Source: Rotaria socialis
Lineage: Eukaryota
NCBI GenBank assembly: GCA_905331295.1
Contig: CAJNYD010000055.1
Location: 1-64,000, forward strand
Direction of reading: 5' to 3'
DNA: 64,000 bases
Shown: positions 12,955 to 23,900 of the stretch, in pieces
How positions within the stretch are numbered: position 1 is the stretch's first letter
Layout: each line of letters begins with the position of its first letter
Position numbers and translations under genes: made by a program
The notes under the pieces: model-generated
Told to the model about the DNA's origin: nothing
Databases searched by the model: none
The model's input: only the letters and a program-made list of their open reading frames with translations

Positions 12955-13145
12955 TTATTCATTCGCTTGTCGTTGATTACGTGGATTACTTGCATGAACA
13001 TAATGATAAGCAACGACCAATAAAAATACCGCTACACCAAGCATATTAGCACAAATGCCCAAAACCTATGAGTCAAATCAATATCTATATTAATATTTGA
13101 ATTCTTAATCAGATTTTATCTCACTTGATCACTTTCGCGAGCCAT
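12955..13145 (-). CDS. OST4: Oligosaccharyltransferase subunit 4, 43 aa, 2 exons (13145-13125, 13065-12955)
   Basis: [43 protein letters not shown] matches the OST4 core ANMLGVxxFLLVVxYHYV. Confidence 0.93.
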
Positions 13146-13780
13146 TTTTTTATGAATGTAGTTTCTTGTTTTATTAGTAGTGAGCTGATCTGAAAAAAAT
13201 GGTGAACTTCATATTTTATGACAAGACTTTAATACTAGAATTCAAAATTGTAGTTAAATATTCTTTACTTTTCGTCATTCTATCATTTCAAAAGTAGTTT
13301 GAACGAAGATAATGCCGTAATCATTATTTCTAGATTTGAACACAAATGAACTGTCACGTTCATCTCTTTTTTTTAGATCAATGAATTCTTTTAAAACTGT
13401 TGTTAGAGAAACAAAAATCTGAGCATAAGTCGGTATCATAAATATTTGATGAATTGTATGAAAGTTGGTGCTTTTCGTTGTATTATCAGCAATGAGCAAG
13501 CTAATAAAAAAATAAACGAATCACTAATGTGACACGCTGACTTATGAATGATTTTAAAAATTGACTTAAAATCAGTATAAATCACCCATAGAAAAAATAA
13601 ATAGAGAAATTAAAAAGATTATTTCAATAAAAAAATCTTAGAATATTAAATATGAGGTCGCCACAGTAGAATTTTATTTTAAAAGAAAAAAAAATAAACA
13701 AATACCAGACCCCCATTAATCACTTCACTGTCTTATTACGTACTGTTTGCTGTTGTTGTCTCATTAGCTAGTATTCGATT

Positions 13781-14537
13781 ATGCCTGAACAAACTCAAAT
13801 CCCGCGTGTACTTTGGGCTCAACAACATGAACATATTCTGTTGACCATTGCTGTGCCAGATATTGAAAAAGTTGATGTGAAATTCGAAGAAGATTCAGTA
13901 TCATTTCAAGGTCATTCATCATCAAATCCTAAAGGGTCAAATGCTTATGCAGTTAAAATTGATCTATACGAAAAGATCGATCCAGAAACGAGTAAATATG
14001 AAATTATCGGCCAAAAATTCTGGCGATTATTGTTAAAGAAGAAAGATGCTAAGGGTGCTTTTTGGCCACGTTTAACAAAAGATAAATCACGTTTACATTG
14101 GTTACAGACCGATTTTGATCATTGGAAAGATGAAGATGAAAGTGACGATGAAAAGGCTGGACCAGCTGGTAACTTTCAAGATATGTTTTCTGGAGGTAAT
14201 GAAAATTTTATTAATTTTAATTTTGTTTTATTCATTTATTAATTTTATTGTTTAAGGCATGGGTGGCATGCCCGGGATGGGAGGCATGGGAGGTATGCCC
14301 GGGATGATGGGCGGGATGCCTGGTATGGGCATGGGTGGGATGCCTGGTATGGGCATGGGTGGGATGCCTGGTATGGGTATGGGTGGTGATGATGAAGATG
14401 AAGAAGAAGATTATGATGATGAAGAAGAAGCATCACCAGAGACGAATGGACAAGAATCGAAGAAATCTAATGATGAACCTATTCCAACAACAAGCACAGG
14501 CGGAGAAGCAACAGATTCCAAGGAACAATCAGCATAG
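13781..14537 (+). CDS. PTGES3: Hsp90 co-chaperone p23 / prostaglandin E synthase 3, 2 exons (13781-14195, 14257-14537)
   Basis: PRVLWAQ and FWPRLTKDKSRLHWLQTDFDHWKDEDESD are p23 signatures; GGMPGM repeats and an acidic tail follow. Confidence 0.93.
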
Positions 14538-15036
14538 ACTAATTTTTTTCTTATGTCTCGTTGTCTTTCTAAAGTTGTCCGTCCATAGGCGTAATGATTC
14601 ACTGTTAGTTTTTCGTATTTTATTGTTTCACAATCATGTCATTCCAAACGGAAAACTAACATGATATAAACAAGAACAGCAACAACAACAACAACAACAA
14701 CAATCTATGTTTTTGTTTTCGTTAGTAAAAAAAGATTGATCGCTCCAATTTAATCACACTAAAGATCATAGATTGTTTTATTAAAATCAGCTACATTTTT
14801 AATACACGCGTTTTTAGCATTTAAGATTCGAAATTCTGAGACTCTAAAATAATGACTCATTTGCTAGTAGTCTCTAGAGCTATATCACATAGAAATTAAA
14901 CTATATCGTAAAGCAGCCATTCAACTTTAGTAAATCGAAGTATTGTAAAGATAAATATGAACATAATTGTATCTCGCAAAAAAGAAAACAAATAAGTATA
15001 AACTTGTCATCTATTTGACTATTTTCTAGATTGATC

Positions 15037-15618
15037 ATGGCACCGAAAAAGATTTTAATGATTGTTGGGGATTTCGTTGAAGATTATGAAGTGATGGTTC
15101 CTTATCAAGCTCTTCTCATGGTGGGCCATCACGTTGATGTCGTATGTCCTGGTAAAAAAGCAAACGACACAGTAGCAACTGCTGTACACGATTTCGAACA
15201 AGAACAAACATATACAGAAAAACGTGGTCACAATTTTACATTGACAGCAGCATTTTCATCAGTCAAATCGACAGATTATGATGCATTAGTAATACCTGGT
15301 GGACGTGCACCTGAATATCTTCGATTAGATAAAGAAGTTCGCGATCTTGTACGTGAATTTGATGATAGTAAAAAACCTATCGCAAGTATCTGTCACGGTC
15401 TTCAACTACTTGCTGTTTCTGTCGTTCTTAGTGGCCGTAAAGTTACGGGATATAAAGCAGTCGGGCCAGATCTTGTTTTAGCTGGTGCAAATTATGTTGA
15501 AGTTGATGTCACTGAAGTAGTCGTCGATGGTAATTTGGTTACATCACCTGCTTGGCCGGGTCACCCAAAATGGCTTGCTGAATTTCTTAAATTGCTCGGC
15601 ACAACAATTAATCTATAG
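15037..15618 (+). CDS. DJ-1/PfpI family protein (glyoxalase III/deglycase-like), bacterial/plant DJ-1D type, intronless CDS
   Basis: GDFVEDYEVMVPYQAL, AVHDFE..TYTEKRGHNF, YDALVIPGGRAPEYLRL, ICHG nucleophile elbow, DGNLVTSPAWPGHP. Confidence 0.93.
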   Translation: MAPKKILMIVGDFVEDYEVMVPYQALLMVGHHVDVVCPGKKANDTVATAVHDFEQEQTYTEKRGHNFTLTAAFSSVKSTDYDALVIPGGRAPEYLRLDKEVRDLVREFDDSKKPIASICHGLQLLAVSVVLSGRKVTGYKAVGPDLVLAGANYVEVDVTEVVVDGNLVTSPAWPGHPKWLAEFLKLLGTTINL

Positions 15619-15781
15619 GAATGAAAAGCAATGATGTTCTATTATACTTATCACATCTTTTTTTTTGTAGTTCTAGTCACCTATTACAAAGTAAATAAAT
15701 CAGCGTCTAAATCTTTTTCTTAATTTTAAACTTTATTAACACGGGCAAATAAAAACAAGACATATGATTCTGTTTTAGAGC

Positions 15782-16006
15782 ATGTCCACTACTGATAATT
15801 CAAGCAACATTAAAACAAGTACGACGCCAGCAAGTACAGAAAATGAATTAGACGATCTTGTATCACAACTTCGACAAACCATTAATAAAACTGGTTGGCT
15901 TGCACAGAATACTTCTGCTAAATGGGAAGCAGAAAATCCGGATTTAGCTAAACAATGGCGTGAAGCTATAAAAACGAGTGCCACTAGTGATTCTACCGAA
16001 CAATAA
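15782..16006 (+). CDS. Small orphan hydrophilic protein, 74 aa
   Basis: ATG-to-TAA ORF with protein-like composition (ELDDLVSQLRQTINKTGWLAQNTSAKWEAENPDLAKQWREAIK), TTTTAG just upstream of the ATG, AATAAA overlapping and after the stop. Confidence 0.6.
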   Translation: MSTTDNSSNIKTSTTPASTENELDDLVSQLRQTINKTGWLAQNTSAKWEAENPDLAKQWREAIKTSATSDSTEQ

Positions 16007-17548
16007 ATTTATAGTTCATTGTGTCAGATTTGTTTTAAAGAATAAAAAATAATCGAGAAATGACTTGAGATCATATTAAAATATTGTATATTGTCGGATA
16101 CTTTTCATGGTAGACCGCTCAACGTTGAAATGATGTAGATCATAACAACTGCCTTTTTTGCAGCTCATCATGTCCAGTGAGCAATACTCGGAAATTCACT
16201 TGAGATTTTCTTAGAATTAAACATAACGGCAAATAAATAGCCAAGAACAAAGTTCGAATACTCACGACCTACCTTCGATATTCCTATTTTTTTTCAGCCC
16301 TATAATCATACCAATATCATCGCTTCTTTATCTTATTATTCGGAAAAAAAAATCGTTACAAACATAGACAAATAGAAAAAAAAAGGGGAACGACACATGT
16401 ACTAAATCGCAAACAAAAGGGAGAATATAATCAACACCGTGACATACAAAGACAAATGAAAAAAATCAAATTAAAGATTATATTAATTAATACCAATGAC
16501 AAAATTCTGGAAAATTGAGACACATGTAGGAAAAAAAATCATAAATCAATACATACATAAACCAACAAAACGAAATTAAAAAGAAGGCTATGTCCAATCG
16601 TCAAAAAACAAAGAAAAAACAAATGCTCGTTCATTTATGAATCGAGCAAATCATAAAAATGATACTGTTCAGTAGAGAAAAATCAAACTCACACCCTCAA
16701 ATGTACGCAGACGCGGATATACGAAACGGATTGATATAAATCGAGTTCACACCTAGTTTGAAGACAAGAACAAAATCAATTTTAAACAGCACTGCTCAAT
16801 GAGGTGACTATTAGAACAAGAAAGAAAACGAAGAACAGGTTTTTGTACAAAAGTATTTTTGATGCGCTCATCATTAGAAAGTTTGTTGCAGCAACGAACG
16901 TTAAAAACGAGCACGCACCACAGTCAAGTTTTTTTCAACAGAAGAAAATGAAACGGAGTTTTGACAATGAAATCCCTGATCGAAAAAACAACGACAAATT
17001 TTTGAGGTAACAACAAAAAAAAATGCGCAGAAATACTTAATGCAAAAAAGAAAAGAAAATGGCAAGTCACTTCTTTCATTCAAAAATGAAGCTCAATTTT
17101 GGATTTTTCTTTCGATCGAAACGAAATTATGATAATTGTATTATTCGTGTACGTAAAATGTTTGTTTAATCTTTTTTTTTTATCACGAAAACAAGAGATT
17201 CAACAGACAATTAAAAACAATAGTATCTATTTTAAGGGTCTCTACGAGGATCATCCTGTATATACATAAATGGCTTTAAAAGAAACTGCTAAGCAGATGA
17301 ATATTTTTTCTATGTTTTGTTTTCTGTCTTTTAAAAGACACGCTGAGCAAACGCACAAGATAACGACGCCAACGATGATGATGGCTAGTTGATTTTTTTC
17401 TTTTGCGTTTAGAACACGAGAGAACGAAAAATAAGAAATAATAGATAGATAGTTGCACAGTTAGCAGTAGATAAGAAAAAGTCCCTGAAGAAATAATCAG
17501 AAAAAAAACATAACCTGCACCTAGCAGTAGTAGTAGCAACCACCACCA

Positions 17549-20500
17549 CTAGATTGAACATGCAGATGAAACAAGAGCAGCAGGTGTACTTGATGGTCGG
17601 CTTAAAGAATTGGTACTTGATTGATGATGAACATCATTTTGATCCGGTGATGATGATATAGATGTTAATGGTGATAACGATGAAATATCATTTGAATTGA
17701 GTAAAACAGGTACAGGATTATGACTATTCGATCGAACGCTATTTCTATGATGAGGTGTGTTGGACGATGATTGATGTTCGTCATCATCATCATCATCGTC
17801 ATCCTCATCTTCAATGATACCAGTTTCTTCATCTGTTGAATAATCCATTGGTTCCGGTAATGATTTATCATTAGTTGAATGTTGTTGTTGTTGTTGTTGT
17901 TGTTCATGCTGTTCTTGTTGTTGTAAAATTCTTCGAAGTATTGTACGCGCATTTAACAAACGCTTATTATCTATTGAAGCATTTGTTGATGAAACCGTAC
18001 ATTTACTTGTTAAAAAACTTGATAATTGAGCATTATTATTATTATTATTATGCGATTGCACTTGTTGTTGATTGTGAAGTGCAATCGCTTTTAAAACTTT
18101 TAATGGAACACCCATTGAAAGAAGTTCTTCATAGTTTTTTTCATTTAATCCTAAAAATTGTTGTTTTAATTTTTGTTCGTCCTCGTCATTGATAATCGAC
18201 GAATTCGATGATATTTCGATTAATGTTCGATCTTCTTCTTCATCACTATTCATTTCAGCAGCTACCAATGGCATTGCTCTACTCATTATTGAGCCGTGTT
18301 CATCATCACGATTGATTGCTTTACTTTTTCCACGGTCATCTTGATTATTATTATTAAGATCTTTTAGACGTTCTTCATCAAGCATTTGATAGAATTTTGA
18401 ACGTTTTTTTGGTGGCATTTTACGTATACGTTCCATAAGATCATCGACATAACCACCAACTGAATTCAATGCTAATTGTTGATTATCGTCGACGTCCATA
18501 TCATTGCCGTTCGAATTGATTTTTGTTAAGCGTTGCTTCAAATGACTTTTACCATTTTTAGAATTATAATAACATGACGATGATGATGCTTCGGATGTTA
18601 TTGATGATCCTGAGCCTGTACGAGTCGATGATGATGTGGGTGGTGATTGACGACTTGTCGCTAAACCTGATTCATAACCACTTGATGCATTTGATGTCGA
18701 CTATAGAAGAAGAAGAAAAAAAAATAAAAATTAATCTTTGTTTTCTTTTTTTTTCAAAGAAGATCTATATATCATACGGAATCTTTTCTTGGCGGGATAT
18801 ATTCATCGCTTTCATCATCACTTGGCCCACCATGGCTTGTTGTTGATGAAAATCCACTGGAACGTCGTCGATAGTTATGATAAACTGCAGCAAGCATATC
18901 AGCTTGTTGCTGTTGTTGTGGGTTGAGCGCTGCTGAACCATTATTTTGAGGATTTCTTTGTCTTACTATATTTGCTGATGGTAGAGAACCATTCATCGCA
19001 TTTGAATATGACGAATGCATTAATTTATAACGCGGATCATTTCTATACTGAAGTTGTTCATCAAGAGAATTATTTGTAGATACATTTTTCAATGCCTCAG
19101 TGTTTAAATATGAAGACATTTTATTATGATTTACATTATTTGTATTAGCACGATTAATATAATTTTGAAGTTCATTGATAGAGTTATTGGACGTTTGTTG
19201 TTGTTGTTGCTGTTGTTGTTGTTGCTGTTGATGATGATATTGTTGTTGTTGATGAGCTTGAGCAGCAGCTTGAACAGCAGCATGCCAAAATTTCGTTTGT
19301 GCTAATAGTTTATTTTGAGCTGCAACAGCTGAAGAATATGTGGGTGGTGAACTACCACGTCTTTGTAATGCTGGAGGTAAATTATTCATATCGGAACTAA
19401 TGCGGGTATTTATAGGTGGAGGCGGTGCTGATGGCATATACGTTGAACGTTGTTGATTAACTATATTTTTATTTGAATTTAATGATTGATGTTGATTTGT
19501 ATTATACGATTGTGATTGTTGTCTATAGGAAGATAAAAGCCATTCAGCATGTTGCTGCTGCTGCTGCTGTTGCTGTTGTTGTTGTTGTTGTTGTTGTTTA
19601 TAACGATCTGCTCCGAGTGCAACTTTTTTTGGAATCGGAAGACCTGATTCATGTGTATACGGTGTTGTATTATGTCGATGGGATAAAGATGTTGTTGGTT
19701 GTGTTGCAGATTGTTGTTGTTGTTGCTGCTGCTGTTGGTGTTGTTTTTGTTTATTTATCATAACTGCTGTAGCTGCTTGAGAATTTAAAAATGCTCGATA
19801 GGCAGCAGGATCAGTAACTCCAGCTGACATCATGGCAGCAGCAACTGACAATTGGTTTAATGTTGGTGATGAGCCATTACTATGTGAATGTTCATTTAAT
19901 AAACGAGTAGGTTTTGTAACAGATATTGCCGAATGACGATGGTAATTATTCGTTGAAGATGTTGTTGACGATGAATTAGATTCTAAATTCTGTTCAGAAT
20001 TGTGTGATAATGTTGATGAAGAGTTAAGATTTGAAACGGCTACAGCTGCGGCTGCGGCTGCTGCAGCAGCAGCACGTTTTCGTTTTAAACTATATTTTTT
20101 ATACGGTGAATTGTTTTTAAATGATGGATTTATTGTCCAAACATATTTAACTGGACCTTTTGATAATGATGATATAATAGGTACACGTATAAATTGATTG
20201 TGTAAAGATAAATTATGTCGAATTGAATTCTATAGAGACAAAGAAAAAAGTCAGTTTACCATAGTATACAAAAAAGAAAGAAGAAAAACGTGTTTTTTCT
20301 TTTCTTCTAATATTTCTTAAATAATTACCTTCCATCCCCAACTTGTTTTAGCGTCGATTTTATCTTTAAAATATGGTACAAATTTAATAATCCATTCATA
20401 AACTTCATTTAATGTTAAACGTTTCCATGGACTACTGTCAATAGCACGTGTAATCAATTGAGCATAGGATAGGTTACCCCATGGATTACGATAAGTTTTA

Positions 20501-20913
20501 TTTATACCAATGCCAAGTTCTTGTATAACTGTTTTAGCCAAACGTTTATCATATTCAGCAAATATATCACGTTTTTCCCTTCGATGACGTGGCCATGTAT
20601 TAAAACGTAAACGATCACGATGGACATTATTAACAGAACCAGTTGAATCGGATGGTGAAGTACTATACGAAAAACGTCTACGAGTTGGACGATGAGGCGT
20701 TGTTGCTTGAGATGTTCGGGTTATTGAGGGTGTTGGCGATGGTGATCGATCTGTGTAAACATTTCGATGACACATTGTATCTGGTGGCGAATCAACTATT
20801 AATGATGAATAATCGCCATTACTTGATGGAATATAATGATGATTCGATAGTTCGTCATCGTTGTCATCATCAACAACGACTGGTACATCAATAGGTTGAC
20901 GAGAATGATGCAT
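17549..20913 (-). CDS. FOXO: Forkhead box O-like transcription factor, ~1062 aa, polyQ/polyA/acidic tracts; 3 exons (20913-20329, 20229-18778, 18700-17549)
   Basis: RLRFNTWP (N-terminal Akt motif) and the forkhead RNPWGNLSYAQLITRAI...RLTLNEVYEWIIKFVPYFKDKIDAKTSWGWK/NSIRHNLSLH, with the FoxO-length insertion and an intron at WK/NS. All three exon lengths are multiples of 3. Confidence 0.88.
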
Positions 20914-23900
20914 GGTCGGCACTACTTACTATCTGACCATTTGGCCGCCAATGACTACTAACTTACAAAGCATCTGGAAATGTAAAAAAAATGAGAAAAA
21001 AAAGAAACGGCCAAAAGAAATTCATCGTCTTTTTTTCTCGTGGGAACCATATGGTGTATGTATGCATGAACGCATGAGTGTGTGTATTGATCGAAAAATA
21101 TAACCATTGCAATTACGTAAGAAATATTATAGGAAAGAGAGTTCAACTTCTCTGGGGTCTCTCGAAATGGATATAGTAAAAATGTCACCCTTAGCTGCAC
21201 TACTGGCAGAAGAAGAGAAAAAGGGAGCGAAGAAGAAAAAAAGTTGACCCTTCTACCTTCTATCGCTCGCTTGTGCGCACTCGTTTTTTTTTTGTCTTTT
21301 TCTCTCGTATTGCATGCATGGAAACGACGAGAGAGCAAAAACACCATCACAGAGAGCGTCGTCCGATGATGCATTCCGCCAACGAGCGCGCTCCTCATTT
21401 TTTTTTTGTTATGTGTTCAAGCGTACGTCGATGCACATTTCTTTCTCATACTTTTTTTTGCGCATTGCTTATACGGCGCGGCCGAAAACAAAAGGAGCAC
21501 GCGACCTCTCTCTCTCTCTCGTATTCTTACATATATGCGCAACAAAAGTCATCGTACAATTTATTTTTTTTTTATGAGAGCGATAAGCCTGACCGCAAAA
21601 GTTTACGACAAGTAACGCATGGCGTCAGAGAGTAAAAAAAAGAAAATCATTTTACGTAAAACAAAATAGTGTTCAAAGAGCTTACTCATGCTTACAAAGA
21701 AGAAGGAGAAGAAGGGGAAAAAAAGAATCTTAAAATATCCTATTAGTTAAATATGTCGGTGAAAGCAAGAACTTCATATAAACGAATGAAAAATATTGCA
21801 CAACACATTCATTTTGTTATTCTTTTATTCAGCATATGTCCCACCCCTTTCGCTTTCTTTACATCATTATCATCAGCATCATCATCATCATCTCAGAAGA
21901 AAAATAAACAAATGTTACTACATATTGTGAACGGATGTACAATATCTGTATTTGAGTACATTCGGGTGGAAATTAAACAGCAACATTCAAAATTAATTAC
22001 AAAGTGACATCTGACAAAGAACAAACGATTCATCTAATATGAGAGACTCTCTTGAGTTTATCTCAATGACTTAAACCAAATGGAAAAACAAGAAGGGAAT
22101 TGTATTCTATAATGCTAATAGAATAGATTCATGAATAGCAATAGTAAAGGCAATTTCGGACAATATAGCACCTAGCGATCAATTGCCTGATGTTTGTTTA
22201 TTTTGTTTGGATAGATATTATCTATACATATCTGTGGTTCTTTGCCGAAAGGACACAGTATATGTATATGAGCGAAGAGAAATCATCACATCAATACATC
22301 CTATCCTAATGCTTAAAAGTACAAGGCTATTTTCTCTACGTCTTTTTTTCTTTATGTGGTATTGTCACATTATCGCTGTCGCATCTCGACCAAACGCATG
22401 TACGTTTTTTTCTTCCATACAAATATACATACTAGTTATATATATATATATATATGCATCAGATGCGTACAAACAGCATCTTTGAGCAGAACAAAAAGCT
22501 CTCTTTTGCCTAGTATACACTGACAGCAAAGAAGAAAAAAAACCTAGCTGTTGAATGCGAGAAGCGAACAAGGTTGTCAATATTACGTAACGATGAGTGG
22601 GCGTATGTATGAGCAAGCGTTCTGTTTTTATTATTGACATAAGATATTATGATATGAAGTATATACGCGTTCTTCTATTTTCTTGTTTCTATAGTAAAAT
22701 ACACACAACATATGCTTTTTCTCCTCCGCACATACTCTGCTACTAATCAGCAACAGTGATGAATAAGGCAAAACGAGAAAAACTCGGTATGAAGTACAGA
22801 TGTTGAACAAATAAACTGTTGTTTTTTTTGCTTATGACTGTTGCTACGTAATGAATCATTAGTCAAAGAAAAGAAAACAAAATTAATTTTCATAAACAAC
22901 TATTTTTAGAAATAAAATACTTAAACTAAAATACTCTTCGATCTCACCTAAATGAACACTTGCACTCATCCGAAATGAAAAAAATATAAAAACAAAAACA
23001 AAAACATATAAAGAATAAATTACTTTTTTTCTATTTATATTCTTTTGCGTTGCTGAGAAATAATCACATTGAATAAATAAAAAAAGAAGAAGGAAAAAAA
23101 ATTTAGAGTACATTTAAAGACATTAATTTTTGAGCCATATAAAATCCACTATGTCATGATTCTTCAGTAATATTCGAAGAAAAAAATATAGAAAGTATTA
23201 ATAAAAAAAAATGCTAATCCGGTTCATGACAACGTCGTGAAATTTTATTTATAATTGAACACCACTAGATTAGCGTAGGCTAAAGATTATTATTCTTCAA
23301 CAACAGTTGTCATTTTCAGAAGAAGAAAAATATAATTAATAATGGGTAAACGCCTACCTCCTATTTTTAGTTCATATTATCATTCTACAACAGATCTACA
23401 ACACGCAAGAATAAGAAAAGACATCTAAAGTGAATAAAAGCATGACATTAAAAAAACATTTCTTCGTTTTCTCGCTTTCTATTCATGTTCTTCTTCCCAC
23501 GCGCTCAATCCTCAATTTGTTTCACGTCAGTGGCAATTAAATTTAATACAGATTAAATTAATTTTTAAATATAAATAACGAGTCAATGTCGTTCTGACAC
23601 ATTCGAGGGTATTATGAACATTATATATATATATATATGTTTGAGATCTTAGAAAACAAGAAAAAAAACGATATATTTGAGATAAATAAATGCGCACAGA
23701 ATTTTGAATTAACCTTCGAACTCAATCTAAGACTTTTTTTCTATCTTATTCTTCTTTCGAAAGATATACGATATGCTATTACTTGTTCATCTTACGTAAC
23801 CATAGATAGAGATGATAGATGGAATGTAATGAACTCAATTTCTATTATCTAGAAAAAACATTCGCCACACAGCACGCAGATTCTCATCCTATAGACAAAT

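Noticed and set aside
17665..20894. Alternative-frame and antisense ORFs over FoxO (poly-V, poly-N, poly-M)
   Set aside because: By-products of trinucleotide repeats in the FoxO CDS.
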